Shown here: positions 13,420 through 25,412 of the stretch, in pieces
Position numbering within the stretch: position 1 is the first letter of the stretch
How the letters are laid out: every line of letters starts with the position of its first letter
Assembly (NCBI RefSeq): GCF_018350175.1
Contig: NC_058368.1
Location: 227,914,001-227,978,000, forward strand
DNA length: 64,000 nucleotides
Origin: Felis catus
Taxonomy: Eukaryota
Direction of reading: 5' to 3'
Notes under the pieces: model-generated
What the model saw: the letters and a program-made list of their open reading frames with translations, nothing else
Databases searched by the model: none
What the model was told of the DNA's origin: nothing
Made by a program: the position numbers and the translations under genes

Positions 13420-13670
13420 GGAGTGGCATAGTAAAGATGGTGAGCTGCTTGGGTAGACAGATGGGAATATAAATCCCAGTCTTTCCACCCCAGTAATCCC
13501 AGATATCTACACAGATCAATTTAACTGACCTCTCCAAGCCTCGGTTGCTGGGTCTGCATAACGAGGCTAATGATATCTATTTCACAGAGTTGGGGGGAAT
13601 TTCATGAGATAAACCTGAGAAGCATTAATCATGGTATCTATCAGAAGAGCAGATTCTCAATAAATGATAG
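13420..13670 (+). mobile_element. MIR
   Basis: Core ACCTCTCCAAGCCTCGGTT...CTG...ATAATG...CACAGAGTT resembles MIR. Confidence 0.6.
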
Positions 13671-14134
13671 CCATGTGGAGATGTTTTCAAATTATTGTTT
13701 AGTAATAATGATAAGATCTCAGAAAACTTCAAGTCTCAACACATTCAATAAACTTGAGTCAATGGATATTCAGGAAGCATTTACTGTAGGAAAGATATTG
13801 TGCACCTTCATACCACATTCTCAATTTATAATGGTGATACATGCCTACAAGTGCCTATTTATGGTTTCCTTCATGCTCTTTAAGCTGGATTCGCGGTGTT
13901 CCCCGATCTACGAAATGAGGAAAGTATCTCCGGTTGCCGGAAGTGGAGTAGTGTCAGCAGAAGGGAGGTGAGGACTGTGTCTAAGAGTCAGTTGGTTGGG
14001 CCAATACCACAATTACTAAATGTAGCTGTGCGATTTTATGATTCTATATGTAACTCTGCGTATGTGTGGGTGCATACGGCTGTGCACACGAGATGTAATT
14101 TCATACCCGGAATAGACATCTTTGGCCTTTATTT

Positions 14135-15720
14135 TTAGGTCGACTTTGTTGAGATATAATTCACATGCAATAAAGTGCACCCATTTTAGGGATACACTTT
14201 GATGAGGTTTGATCAATGTATACACAGGTGCTGCCACCACCGTCACAACCAAAATGTAGGCAAGTTCCTTCATCCCAGAAAGCTCCCTAAGGCTCTTCTC
14301 CGCCAGCTTTAGGTGACCGTTGTTTTTCATGGCTCCCATACGGTGCTGAGCTATGCTGGGACACCCCGGGACAAATGAACATGTTAAAATTTCACAAGGA
14401 CCATGAAGATGTTAAAATTTCGAGGGAGACATGCATGGAGACTTCTGTTGGACACCTCGAGGACCACTATCGCGAAGTTGTCTGGAACCAGCTACTTAAC
14501 ACGTGGAACTGTTAGGCATTTCTTTTGGGTTAGGTGCCATGGAAAAATGACCCCAGACACCAGTGATAACATTTTCTAGCCTCATCCATGCTGTTGCACG
14601 TGACACTGTGCAATTCCTTTATATTGCTGAGTATTTTAATGGAACACAGTTTCTCTGAAGAAAACTGCTCCCAATATCCACATGCAAATCTTTTGAGTAC
14701 GTATGTTTTCATTTTTCTTGGGTGAAAAATCTAGAAGCAGAATTTCTGGGTCACATGTGAAGTGTATGTTTAATTTTTTCAGAAACTGCCAAAGCACAAT
14801 TTTACACCCCCAGCTGCTGCATTTCCTTGCCAACATGGTATTGCCAGCCTTTTTAATTTTAGCCATTCTAGTGGGTGTATGGTGTTAACTCATTGTGCTT
14901 TTAATTTGCATTTTCCCAATGACTAATGATGTTGAGAATCTTTTCATGTGCATATTGGCCATTTGTATATCTCTTCAGTGAGGGCGGTTGCAATCTTTTC
15001 CCCATTTAAAAAAAAATTGGCTAGTTTGACTTCTGATTGAGTTGTAAAAATGTATACGTGTTCTAAAGACAAATCCATTGTTTCCCTTGGTCTGCACTTG
15101 GCCTTTTCATTGTCTTAACAGTATCTTTCAAAGAACAAAAGCTTTCAATTTCGATGAAGTCTATTTTATCAATATTTTCTTTTATGATTTGTGCTTTTCT
15201 CTGTCCTGAGAACTTTTTGTCTACTCCAAAGTCACAAAGATTTTCTCGTTTTTTTAAAAGGTATTTTATAGTTTTAGCTCTTACTTTAGGCTTGTGACTC
15301 ATCTGAGTTAGTTTCTGTAACATGTGAGGTAAGGCTGGAGGTTCATTTTCTTCTTAATGGATATCCAGCTGTCCAAGCAGCGTTTATATGGGGAAAGACT
15401 ATCCCTTCCCCGCTGAATTACCTTGGCATCTTTGTTAAATATTAATTGACTATATTTATGTCAGTCGGCTTCTGGACTCTCTCTTCTTTTCCATTCATCT
15501 TATGACTGTCCTTTGTCGATACCACACTGTTGATCGCTGTAACTTTAGAGTAGTCTTAAAATCTAGGCAATGTAAGTTCTTCAAGTTTGTTCTTCCTTTT
15601 CAAAAATGTTTTGGCTAAATTATGAGTTCTTTGCATTTGTATCTACACTGTAGAATCAACATGACATTTCTAAAGAAAAACCTGCTATGATTGATAGAAT
15701 TTTTCTTGAACATGAATGAG
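14135..15720 (-). mobile_element. Old LINE-1 (L1MB/MC-like) fragments, with an unrelated insert at about 14340-14550
   Basis: TTTAATTTGCATTTTCCCAATGACTAATGATGTTGAG...CTTTTCATGTGC is a canonical antisense L1 signature; the minus-strand ORFs resemble a degraded ORF2 C-terminus. Confidence 0.8.
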
Positions 15721-17376
15721 GCTGTTGGGCCAACTCATGGCGTTTGCTAGCCTCGGGAGTAATAAAAAATAGAATAAAAAGTATTAATAGTATTAACCAA
15801 AGATAGGCAGAGATTAAAAGGACAATGATCAAGTTGCAAGATGGCGTCTGTGGCTCCCCACAGCTAAGGGAGCCAAACTGTCCTGGATTCTTGTCCTGTT
15901 TTCTCCACTGTCTTACAGTGTGCCATTAGGACAAGTGGACCCCAACATGGATTTTACAGTTTGCCATAAGGATCAAACAAGATCTCTCCAGCTACCTCCT
16001 GGGTAAGAGGTACCTCACTTCCAATGAGTCTAAAACGGAACCCCCTGTTTTCCTTCTAAACTAATTCTTCCTTTGGTGTTTTCTGTCTTATTAACCAAAC
16101 CCTAACTCGCCACCATCTGCTACGGAAGATACGTGCTTTTCTTTGCAGCCCAGAATCTTTCGAACGCTCTTTTCACATTTTGATTTTTCCTCAACATAGG
16201 ACCCAAATATAAAAATGAAACCCACTATTTCCCAGCCTCCTTTGCTGCTAGGACCAGACGTGTGACATAGAGTCCACCAATTGGATGCATCAGCAGGGAC
16301 TTTGATTCCCAGCATTGCTGTGTGAGGGAAGAGGCAGGACTGGGCATCCCCATCCTGCATGGACAACCTCCTTCTGGGGTTTTCCTTGCTGTCTTCCCAG
16401 GAGTTGTTCCTTGCAACTCAACCCAGAACCTGATCCTTTCTTCCTTCCAAAGATTCTCTTAGGCAGCGAATATCCCGTTATAATCCTCTTTCTTTCTAAA
16501 TTAGCTACAGCAGATTTTACTGCTACAGTTCAATCTCCAGAGAGGCACCCTATAAACAGTACGTATTAAGGATGGAAGCCACGTGCCCCGCCCTGACCCC
16601 CTTTTCTCTGTCTCCACCATGGCCAATCACTTACCAACTTTTCCTTATTATGCCCCTGACACTCCAAACTCCAAATCCGTCTGCTTCTCTCCTCCATTCT
16701 CCTGGCCCCATCTCAAACCACCACTGTCTCTCCTCTGGACCTTAACAGTAGCCTCCAGCGGGTCTCTCCTTCCACTCTTAGTCTTTCCTTTCCAGGCTCA
16801 TCCTCACATTGTATTCGGTCATCTTTGAAAAAAGGCAGATCCAGTATTATCATGTTGTTGCTTAAGACCCTTCAAGGGCTCCTTCCTGCTCTCAGTGTAC
16901 AGTTGAAAATCTTTAAACCAGTTTATCCACTTCTGCCTAATCTGTCACCTGCCTCTCGCATCAGAGCCATCAGGCGCCATTCTCTCTTCCCTCTGTCTCC
17001 AGCTACACGGGCTTTCTTTCCGTGCCGTGAATGGGCCAGCTCTTTCTCACCCCAAGGCCCTCCCCCATTCACTGCTCTTCAGAGCTGGAGCACGACCCAG
17101 TTCTGCAGCCAACGCCTCCCTCAGGTCCTAGCCTCTGCTGTGTCCTTCGGAGAAGCGCTAGTCCTTCACAGCACTTCACCCAGTTGTAATTAAATCGCCC
17201 TGTGCTTGATGGGGTGTGCAGTGCAGTATAGATCGTAAGGGGCGGGTTTTATAGCAGACTGTATTGTAGATCCGGGTTCTTCATTTCCTGTGTGTGTGTG
17301 ACTTTGAGGACGTTACTCATCTGCGAAATGGGCACAATAGCACTGTACTTACATCTAACATTTGTTGTGTTTGGAA

Positions 17377-17577
17377 CAGGGCTTGGCATATTTTCTTATA
17401 AAGGACCAGGTAGCAAATGTCTCTGTCTCAATTATTCAGCTCTGCTGCTGTAGTATAAAAGCAGCCATAGGCAATAATCTATAAACGAGGGGGTATGGCT
17501 GTATTCAAATAAAACTTTATTTACAAAAACAGATGGTAGGCCAAATTTGGCCCACAGATTGTAGTTTGCCAACCCTG
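17377..17577 (+). mobile_element. MER58A-like hAT-Charlie element inside a MIR
   Basis: TIRs CAGGGCTTGGCA / TGCCAACCCTG; AATAAAACTTTATTTACAAAAACAG core; 8-bp TSD GTTTGGAA/GCTTGGAA. Confidence 0.85.
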
Positions 17578-17881
17578 GCTTGGAATAGGCTTGACACAAA
17601 GCGTGTGCTCAGCGAGTGTCAGCTCTTATTATCAATTATTTAATTTCTTTATTTCCTATTAGAATAGTAGCTTCATGAAGGTGGGAGCTTTGTCTCTCTT
17701 CTTCGGTGCTATGTTCTCAGTGCCAAACTCGGTGAGTAATGCATGGTAAAGACTCAGTGAATGCAGACTTCATGAATGGGTGCATCAACAATGTAGCCCA
17801 GAACCCAGGGCGGAGCTGGTGCTCAGAAACCATTGGTTTTCTTCACCTCCTTCTTGTTTAAGAACAGTACTATTAACTCAT

Positions 17882-17904
17882 TTTTTTTAAGTTTATTTAT
17901 TTTT

Positions 17905-17935
<31 letters not shown>

Positions 17936-18068
17936 CAGAGAGAGAGGGAGAGAGAGAGAATCCCAAGCAGGTTCCATGCCGTCAGTGTAAGCCCGACTCG
18001 GGGCTCGATCCCAGGAACCGTGAGATCATGACCTGAGCTGAAATCAAGAGTCGCCACCCAGATGCCCC
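17882..18068 (-). mobile_element. Can-SINE
   Basis: (GA)n and reverse head; TSD ACTATTAAC(T/C)CATT. Confidence 0.85.
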
Positions 18069-18270
18069 ACTATTAACCCATTCGTAACAGGGCATATGTT
18101 TTGAGAGTTTTTCAAAATTAGAAATGGGAGGACTTGATTTCCTTGGCATAGTTTTCCAAGGGCAGAATTTTCTAGTTAAATAACATGACTTTTACGGCTC
18201 TTAATGCATGCCAATAACGTTTCACATTATAATAACAATAGAACTTACAGGGAGCCTACCAGAGGCCAGA

Positions 18271-18499
18271 TTTTTTTTTTTTAATTTTTGTTTTCAACGT
18301 TTTTATTTATTTTTGGGACACAGAGAGACAGAGCATGAACGGGGGAGGGGCAGAGAGAGAGGGAGACACAGAATCGGAAACAGGCTCCAGGCTCCGAGCC
18401 ATCAGCCCAGAGCCCGACGCAGGGCTCGAACTCACGGACTGCGAGATCGTGACCTGGCTGAAGTCGGACGCTTAACCGACTGCGCCACCCAGGCGCCCC
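18271..18499 (-). mobile_element. Young SINEC_Fc-type SINE
   Basis: Near-identical to the 11176 copy; TSD AGGCCAGAT. Confidence 0.95.
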
Positions 18500-18799
18500 T
18501 AGGCCAGATGTTTTAATATAACCCTTTAGTCTTCTCAGAACACTTGAAGCAGACGTTCTCCATTTATAGCTGGAAAAGCTGACATTTGGAAGGTTAACCA
18601 TGTCACCAACAACTAGTTGTCAGACCCAGAAATTGGACCCATGAGCACTGGCTTCAAGTTCTACCCTCTTTCTGCTAAGCTGCACTGCTCCTCGTATCAC
18701 CCAAGTGTTTCTCGCGGGGGCTGACAGCTAAGGCTTCCTTACTAGCCCTACGTGTTACCATTTCAAAAACATCGCTTCCTAATTCATTTGGCAAAAATC

Positions 18800-19310
18800 C
18801 ATAACGATGAAAAAAACGGCAGCTGTTGTGGGAAACAGTTTGGCCATTCCTTGGCAAGTAAAACATAGAATTACCCTATAACCCAGCAATTCCGTTCCTA
18901 GATACCCAAAAGACACGAAAACCGGATTTCGCACAAAAACGTTGTAGAGAACGTTCATAGCAACATTATTCGCCATAGCCCAAAAGCGGAAACGACCCAA
19001 AGGCCCATTAACAAATGAACAGAAACACAAAAAGAGGCATATCGTACAATGGAATATTATTCGGCCATAAAAAAGGAATAGAGTTTTGATAGATGTTACA
19101 ACGTGAGTGAACCTCGAAGACATGCTTGGGAAGAAATCAGACACGTTAGGTCACATCTCGCGTGATCCCCGCTGTACAAAATATCCAGAATAGGCACAGA
19201 GACAAAAAACAACTCACGGCAGGTAGGGGGCGGGGGAACTGGGGAGTAACAGCTAACAGGGCTTCTTTCCTTCTTTCTTTTTTTTAAAGTTTATTTTACT
19301 TATTTATTTT

Positions 19311-19343
<33 letters not shown>

Positions 19344-19620
19344 CAGAGGAGAGGCAGAGAGAGAGGGAGACAGAATCCTAAGCAGGCTCCGCACTGTCAG
19401 CGCAGAGCCTGATGCAGGGCTCGAACCCACAAACCCTGAGATCACGACCTGAGCTGAAATCGAGAGTCAGACCGGACCCTTCACCGACCGAGCCACCCAG
19501 GTGCCCCCAAGGTTTCTTCTTGAGGTGATAAACATACTCTGGGGTTAGCATGAAGGCAATCCCGTCCCTGAACTACGCACTTGACCGTGTTCGCTTTTGT
19601 GTTATGTGTGTTTGACCACA
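18800..19620 (+). mobile_element. Old LINE-1 3' region (L1MB/MC-like), interrupted by a minus-strand Can-SINE (about 19262-19508)
   Basis: ACCCAGCAATTCCGTTCCTAG...ACAATGGAATATTATTCGGCCATAAAAAAGGAA L1 signature. Confidence 0.8.
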
Positions 19621-20030
19621 AGGAGAAGAGCCCGTAACGAAAATGGAATCCAGAAGGGAAAGAATTTTCCAGAAGCATCCACATCTAGGTGCTTTCTTAC
19701 CTCTTCTCATGCCTTACTTACACCAAACGGCCTCCAGACAACCTCCGTGGGCTGCTGACGTTAGCGTCCTCTGGACCTGAGGACACGGATGCTGCTGGCC
19801 CCAGCCACGTCATACCTGCTGCTCCCCGTCCCGAGGAGACTCTCCAGGCCCTGGCAGACAGAGGCAGGCTTTCTGCTGCCACAGGAGGCTTTCTGGGAAC
19901 CACATGGCTTAGCTCTAAAGTGCGCCGCGAGCCTCTTGCTCCTGCGAGTGAGGAAGAAGGCCGGGGCTCCGTGGGCTTCCTCCGGAGTCTGCCTCGACCC
20001 CCACGACAATCTTCTTCTCCAACCTGCAGG

Positions 20031-20044
20031 GTTTCCTTGGCAAC
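20031..20044. promoter_or_regulatory. Candidate RFX X-box GTTTCCTTGGCAAC
   Basis: Two differences from the palindrome GTTGCCATGGCAAC; lies in CpG-enriched unique sequence. Confidence 0.45.
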
Positions 20045-20839
20045 CAGATGACTAGTCAGTCACTCACCGCTTTTCAACGCTTCAACTTATTAATGCTTGT
20101 TCAGTTTGGAACAGTTTGTCTTACTTGAAAAGAAACTGCAGAAGCTGCACTTTTGTTGTTGCTAATTTTTTTTTCAACCTGGGATCCTGCCAGGCTTTTT
20201 AAAGGGCCCACACAGATTTCCCCTCCGAATGCTCGAGCACGCGGTTACCCAACCCCACAAGGCGTGCGTACTGTGCGTCACGTATTCTGGAGAACCACCG
20301 GTGTCACCCGCACGGGGATCCCTGAGGTAGATACGGTTATTGTTCCCATTTTACAGAGGAGGAAACTGAGGCCCAACGGTGGGTCAAGTATCTTGTCCAA
20401 GTCAACAGGCAGTACCATTTTTAGGCTCTACTGCAATGTCTTCAAGCCTGTATGGGGTGCTTGCACTTTCTCGGGAGGCCCCTGGAAGGAGGGGCCTCAG
20501 CACGGAGGGGTGGGCTCTCGGGGATGAGGGGCTGGCACTGCTGCAGCGTGGGGGTAGAGAGATTTGGGGGAAGGAAGCCTTTCAGTACAGCTCCTCACGT
20601 CCCACCATCTGGGGGTATTCTGAGTTCCACACATAGAATGTCCCTGTTTTCACTGACCTTGACATGGGACAGATCTCAAAAGCGCGGACTCTGGGGTCAG
20701 GCGGAGCTGGGAACGAATCCCCCGCCTCCGTCACTTAGTCACCAGGAGAATGACCTTGGCAATTCTTAAGCTGAACATGGCTGAGGCGGGAGGGAGTTTT
20801 TCTGAGGACGTGGGTGACTGGACGGGATTCTGGAATTGA

Positions 20840-21020
20840 CTAGGGTTGCTCAGCCTTGACACTAGCGACATTCGGGGCCACGTCATCGTTCGTTGCGAGG
20901 GGCTGTTCGTGCATCGTAGGATGCCGCGTGGTACCTGGCTTCGACCCACTAGAGGCCTGAAGTAGCATCTCCCCCAGAATGTGCCCCGGGGGTTAAAACT
21001 GCCCCTGCTTGAGAACCACT
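20840..21020 (+). mobile_element. MER20-like hAT-Charlie element
   Basis: CTCAGCCTTGACACTAGCGACATT...GACCCACTAGA...TTGAGAACCACT matches the MER20 layout. Confidence 0.75.
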
Positions 21021-22174
21021 AGATTAGAGGACCTAAAGCCCATTTGGAGATGATTTTGATTCCCTCCTATGATCTCAGCATATGGAGCTATTTTAAGTAA
21101 CATCAGCCCTTTTATGCTGAGTGGGATCCGAATTCAGAGTCACCATCCAGATATGCCGAAGGGTAACCAGACCTCTGGAATTTGCTAGAAGCGGCCTTTT
21201 CCTTTCAGTGGGAACAACCTCCATAACAGCTTTGCTCCATTTCCATGCAGAAGAGCAATCTCACCACTCAGAGTAATTCTGTGTTTTCTGGTTAAAAGCA
21301 AAAGTGTCTTTCGGGTGAATTTCTCTATCACCTCAAAGTTCACGGTTCCGTCAGGCCTTTCCCACCTACACGACCTCTCCTCTCACCTCCCTCCTCCCTG
21401 AGAAGTCCCTGGGGCAGGGAGAAGCTTCTGGAACATCAGGGCGCCCACGGAGGGCAGCTGGTTCTCTGAGCTGGCCTGGGAGGAGAGGTGTGACTTCCGG
21501 TGTGGTCCCTGGGTGGGGTCTTATCTTCCTTTCTGTGCACAGCGTTTGCTCCCGGGAGCTCGGCGCCCTCCCCTTGCTGCCTGGGCACCCTGCCCCAGCC
21601 CTCTGGCTGCTAGCTCTGGGCGGTCCCCCCAGGCCTTCTGCATTCCTTGAGCCAGTCCAGATGACCCTTAGCAGACCCCAGATGGAATTCTCAGTTACTG
21701 CTTGGCCACTCCGGAGCTGTGGGAATGTCCCAGGACCTCCACCGAGCTGGGCGGGGTGTGGTGGCTCTCTCAGGCCATGCTCTCGCCACGCCTTCCCTAT
21801 GACCCCTTCTCCCCTCCCCCAGCCGCGTATTCTCAGGCTGCCTCCTGCCCGGGTTCCAGGACGGACGTGTGGCACTGTTCACCCTGCCTCTGGAGCTCCA
21901 ATCTTGCAACTGCATCTCTGGAGGAAAATGGAAACAGCTATTTTAGTATTTATCTTGCATGAGGCTGGTTTCAAGGTTTTCGGAATTGACTTTATCATTG
22001 GCTCTAGTGCCCCGCTCTAACAATCCTTCAAGGCCACGAGGGCCACATTCCGTTGAACTTACCATCAGTAATTTACCTCATCCCTCTTGGGCCCTCACTA
22101 CCTTCCTTACCCAGCTCGAAGTCCATTCGCAGTCAGCTGTAAATACCTCTGTGCCTTCTCCTCTCTCACTTCAT

Positions 22175-22560
22175 CGCACTCAGTTTTCCAGAGATACAGA
22201 ACCATCGAGATGTGTATATATATATAAAGAGATTTATTTTAAGGAATTGGTTCACATGATTATGGAGGCTGACAAGTCCAAAACCTGCAGGGTGGCCTGG
22301 TTAATGTTTCAGTTCCAGTAGCAAGGTCATTTGTTGAAGAACTCTATCTTGCTCAGAAAAGAGCAGGCTTTGTGCTACTGAGGCCTTCAACTGATGAGAT
22401 GAGGCCCACCTACCTTATGGAGGGTAATCTGTCGTACCAAAGTTTCCTGATTTTAATGTAAACTTCATCCAAAAACACTGTCACAAAATGTCTAGAACAA
22501 TATTTGACCAGATCTCTAGGCACTGGAGCTCACTAAGTTGATATAAAATTTACCATCACA
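22175..22560 (-). mobile_element. MLT2 (ERVL) LTR
   Basis: AAAGAGATTTATTTTAAGGAATTGGTTCACATGATTATGGAGGCTG...AAAATTTACCATCACA terminus. Confidence 0.85.
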
Positions 22561-22680
22561 GTTGGTTACACCACAACCCTGGTGAAACCCACTTGCTATC
22601 TGCTCTGAGCCCGTTCCCACATAGCTGGAGGCAGAGGGGGCAAGATATTCAACCAGATTTAATTAAAAATGAATGATTGA

Positions 22681-23082
22681 GGAGCGCCTGGGTGGCTCAG
22701 TTGGTTAAGCGTCCGACTTTGGCTCAGGTTGTGATCTCATGGTTCGGGGTTCAAGCCCTGCAGCGGACTCTGTGCTGACAGCTCAGAGCCTGGAGCCTGC
22801 TTCCGATTCTGTGTCTTCCTCTGCTTGCATTCTGTCTGTCTGTCTCTCTCTCTCAAAAATAAATAAACATTAAAAAAATGAATGATTGATCAGGGCACCT
22901 GAGTGACTCAGTTAAGTGTCTGACTCTTGATTTCAGCTCAGGTCTTGATCTCAGGGTCATGAGATCGAGCCCTGCGTTGGGCTCTGTGCCGGGTGTAGAG
23001 CCTGCTTAAGATTCTCTCTCTTTCTTCCTCTCTTCTCTCTCTTCCCTTCCCTCTCCTCTCCTGTGCATGCTCTCAGAAAAAA
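22681..23082 (+). mobile_element. Two tandem Can-SINEs (22681-22878; 22893-23082)
   Basis: Two heads and bodies; TSD AAAAATGAATGATTGA flanks the first. Confidence 0.85.
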
Positions 23083-23529
23083 TTAGGAACTAAATGATCA
23101 GTTCAGTAACCCTCACTGCAAACAGTTGTACTGTATCCCCTGGTCTAGGCACATCCCACTCCTACATGAATATTGCAAACCTTCTCTGCAACCCTCAGTC
23201 TCGGCGGATGACCTTGCTCCCTGTGGGTCAGAGAGAGACCTCTCAGGTCCTCACTAAGCATCTGCCCACGGACAGGCTCAATCTGTGCTCACACACTGTG
23301 TCTTCTCCCCTCTTCTGGTGGCTGAAGTAATCTTGATTCTCTCCTCTGCTCGGGGTCGTTCTCCAGCAATTCCTTCCTCCTTCCCCTGAATCACCGATTT
23401 TGTCTTTACTTGTTCATTCCTATCAGTGCGCACTTTTCGTGACCTTGCTTAGAGCTCCCGCTCTATTTCTCTCCTGTGTGCAGTGCAACTTCCGTTTCTG
23501 CCTCTCCAACCTCTCCCTTCTCATGCACT

Positions 23530-24320
23530 TAAACATCTTTTTGTGTGCGGTAATACACTCACAACGTAAAATTTTGCCATCGTGGTCATTTTCAAGTGTG
23601 TAATTCCGTGGTAATAAGTGCATTCACAATGTTGTGCAACCATCACTGCTGTCTCATTTCAGGACTTTTTCTTCTCTCCCAGTGGAAATCTTGTACCCAT
23701 CAAGCACCTCCTTCCCATTCCCCTCTCCTCCCTGGTGGGTATCTTGCAACCACTAACATGCTTGGATATTTCTTATAATTGGCATCATACAATATGTGGT
23801 CCTTTATGACTGGCTTCTTTGACTCACTTTAATGTTTCGAAGACTCATCTGTGTTATAGTACGTATCGATACTTCATTCCTTTTTATGGCTGAGTAACAT
23901 GACATTGTGTGGATAGACTATATCTATGTATGTATGTATGTATGTATGTATGTATCTATTTCATTTTTTTAAGTAATATGTACACCCAACAAGGGCCTCA
24001 AACTTATGACCCTGAGATCAAGAGTCAGATGCTCTATTGACTGAGTCAGCCAGGCATTCCATAGACCACATTTTTTAATGTATTCGTCTTTTAGAAAAAT
24101 GTTTGTTATTTATTTATTTTGAGAGAGAGAGTGAGTGAGCGGGGAGGGGCAGAGAGAGAGACTCCCAAGCAGGCTCCACACCATCAGTGTGTGGAACCCA
24201 TGAACCGTGAGATCACGACCTGAGCCAAAACTGAGAGATGCTTAACCGACTGAACCACCCACGTGCCCCATAGACCACATTTTTTTTTTTATCCAGTCAT
24301 CTTTTGATGGACACTTGAGT
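23530..24320 (-). mobile_element. Old LINE-1 3' end interrupted by (TATG)n and two minus-strand SINEs
   Basis: CATTCACAATGTTGTGCAACCATCAC...ACTTCATTCCTTTTTATGGCTGAGTAA; SINEs at about 23965-24060 and 24080-24269. Confidence 0.8.
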
Positions 24321-24810
24321 GGCTTCTTCCCATTCCCTTTGAACCCTTTCCAACCAGGCTTTCGTTCCCCAGTCTACCAAAATTGCTCTTGTCGAGGTCA
24401 CCAATGGCCTCCATGTTGCTAAATCTCAAGGTTGATTCTCCCTCCTCATCTGACTTGAGCCGGCAACAGTGCTGGGCCTGGCCAATCCGTCTCTCCTCCT
24501 GACCCCCTTCTTTACTAGATTTGCAGCACATGCATTTTCCAGGATTTTCCCTTCCTCTCTGGAAGGTTCTTCTCTGTCTTCTCCCTTAGTCCCTCCTGTT
24601 CTCTGCTCTCTTACTGTTAGAGCCCTTTCCCATCTACTCTCTGTCCTCTGGTGATCTCGGCAAGTCCCGTGACTTCCAGTACCATTTATACATTGACAAC
24701 TGCCAAATTTCTATTTCCAGCCTCAATACCTCCCCTTTGCTCCCGACTTACATGTCCTCCTGTCTGCTCAGTGTGTCCACTGGGACAGCTAAATTTAAAA
24801 ATATGCCTCA

Positions 24811-25163
24811 GGGGTGCCTGGCTGGCTCAGTCAGTAGAGCACGAGATCTTGATCTCGAGGTCATGAGTTTGAGCCCCATGTAGGGTGTAGAAATTACTTA
24901 AATAAATAAAACGTTAATTTTTTTTTTCAAAGTTTATTTATTTTTGGGATAGAGAGAGACAGAGCATGAATGGGGGAGGGGCAGAGAGAGAGGGAGACAC
25001 AGAATTGGAAACAGGCTCCAGGCTCCGAGCCATCAGCCCAGAGCCTGACGCGGGGCTCGAACTCACTGACCGTGAGATCGTGACCTGGCTGAAGTCGGAC
25101 GCTTAACCGACTGCGCCACCCAGGCGCCCCAATAAAACATTAATTAAAATAACTAAGTAAATA
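24811..25163 (+). mobile_element. Short old Can-SINE whose tail hosts a younger SINE
   Basis: TSD AAAAT(A/T)TGCCTCA. Confidence 0.75.
24918..25130 (-). mobile_element. Young SINEC_Fc-type SINE
   Basis: Diagnostic GCCATCAGCCCAGAGCC; TSD AATAAAAC(G/A)TTAATT. Confidence 0.92.
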
Positions 25164-25211
25164 AAAATTTGCCTCAAATCTCAAAATTGTGGAGATCCTG
25201 GAATCATTCTT

Positions 25212-25412
25212 CTTTTTTTAACGTTTGTTTGTTTTTGAGAGAGAGAGAGAAGGGCGGAGGGGCAGAGAGAGAGGGAGACACAGAATCCGAAGCAGGCTCC
25301 AGGCCCTGAGCTATCAGCACAGAGCCTGATGTGGGGCTCTAACCCACAAACGGTGAGATCATGACCTGAACTGAAGTCCAGTGCTTAACTGACTGAGCCA
25401 CCCAGGCACCCC
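25212..25412 (-). mobile_element. Can-SINE
   Basis: TSD GAGATCCTGGA(A/C)TCATTCTT. Confidence 0.9.

Noticed and set aside
14530..15323. Minus-strand ORFs resembling the L1 ORF2 C-terminus
   Set aside because: Fragmented, frameshifted L1 fossil, not an intact retrotransposon gene
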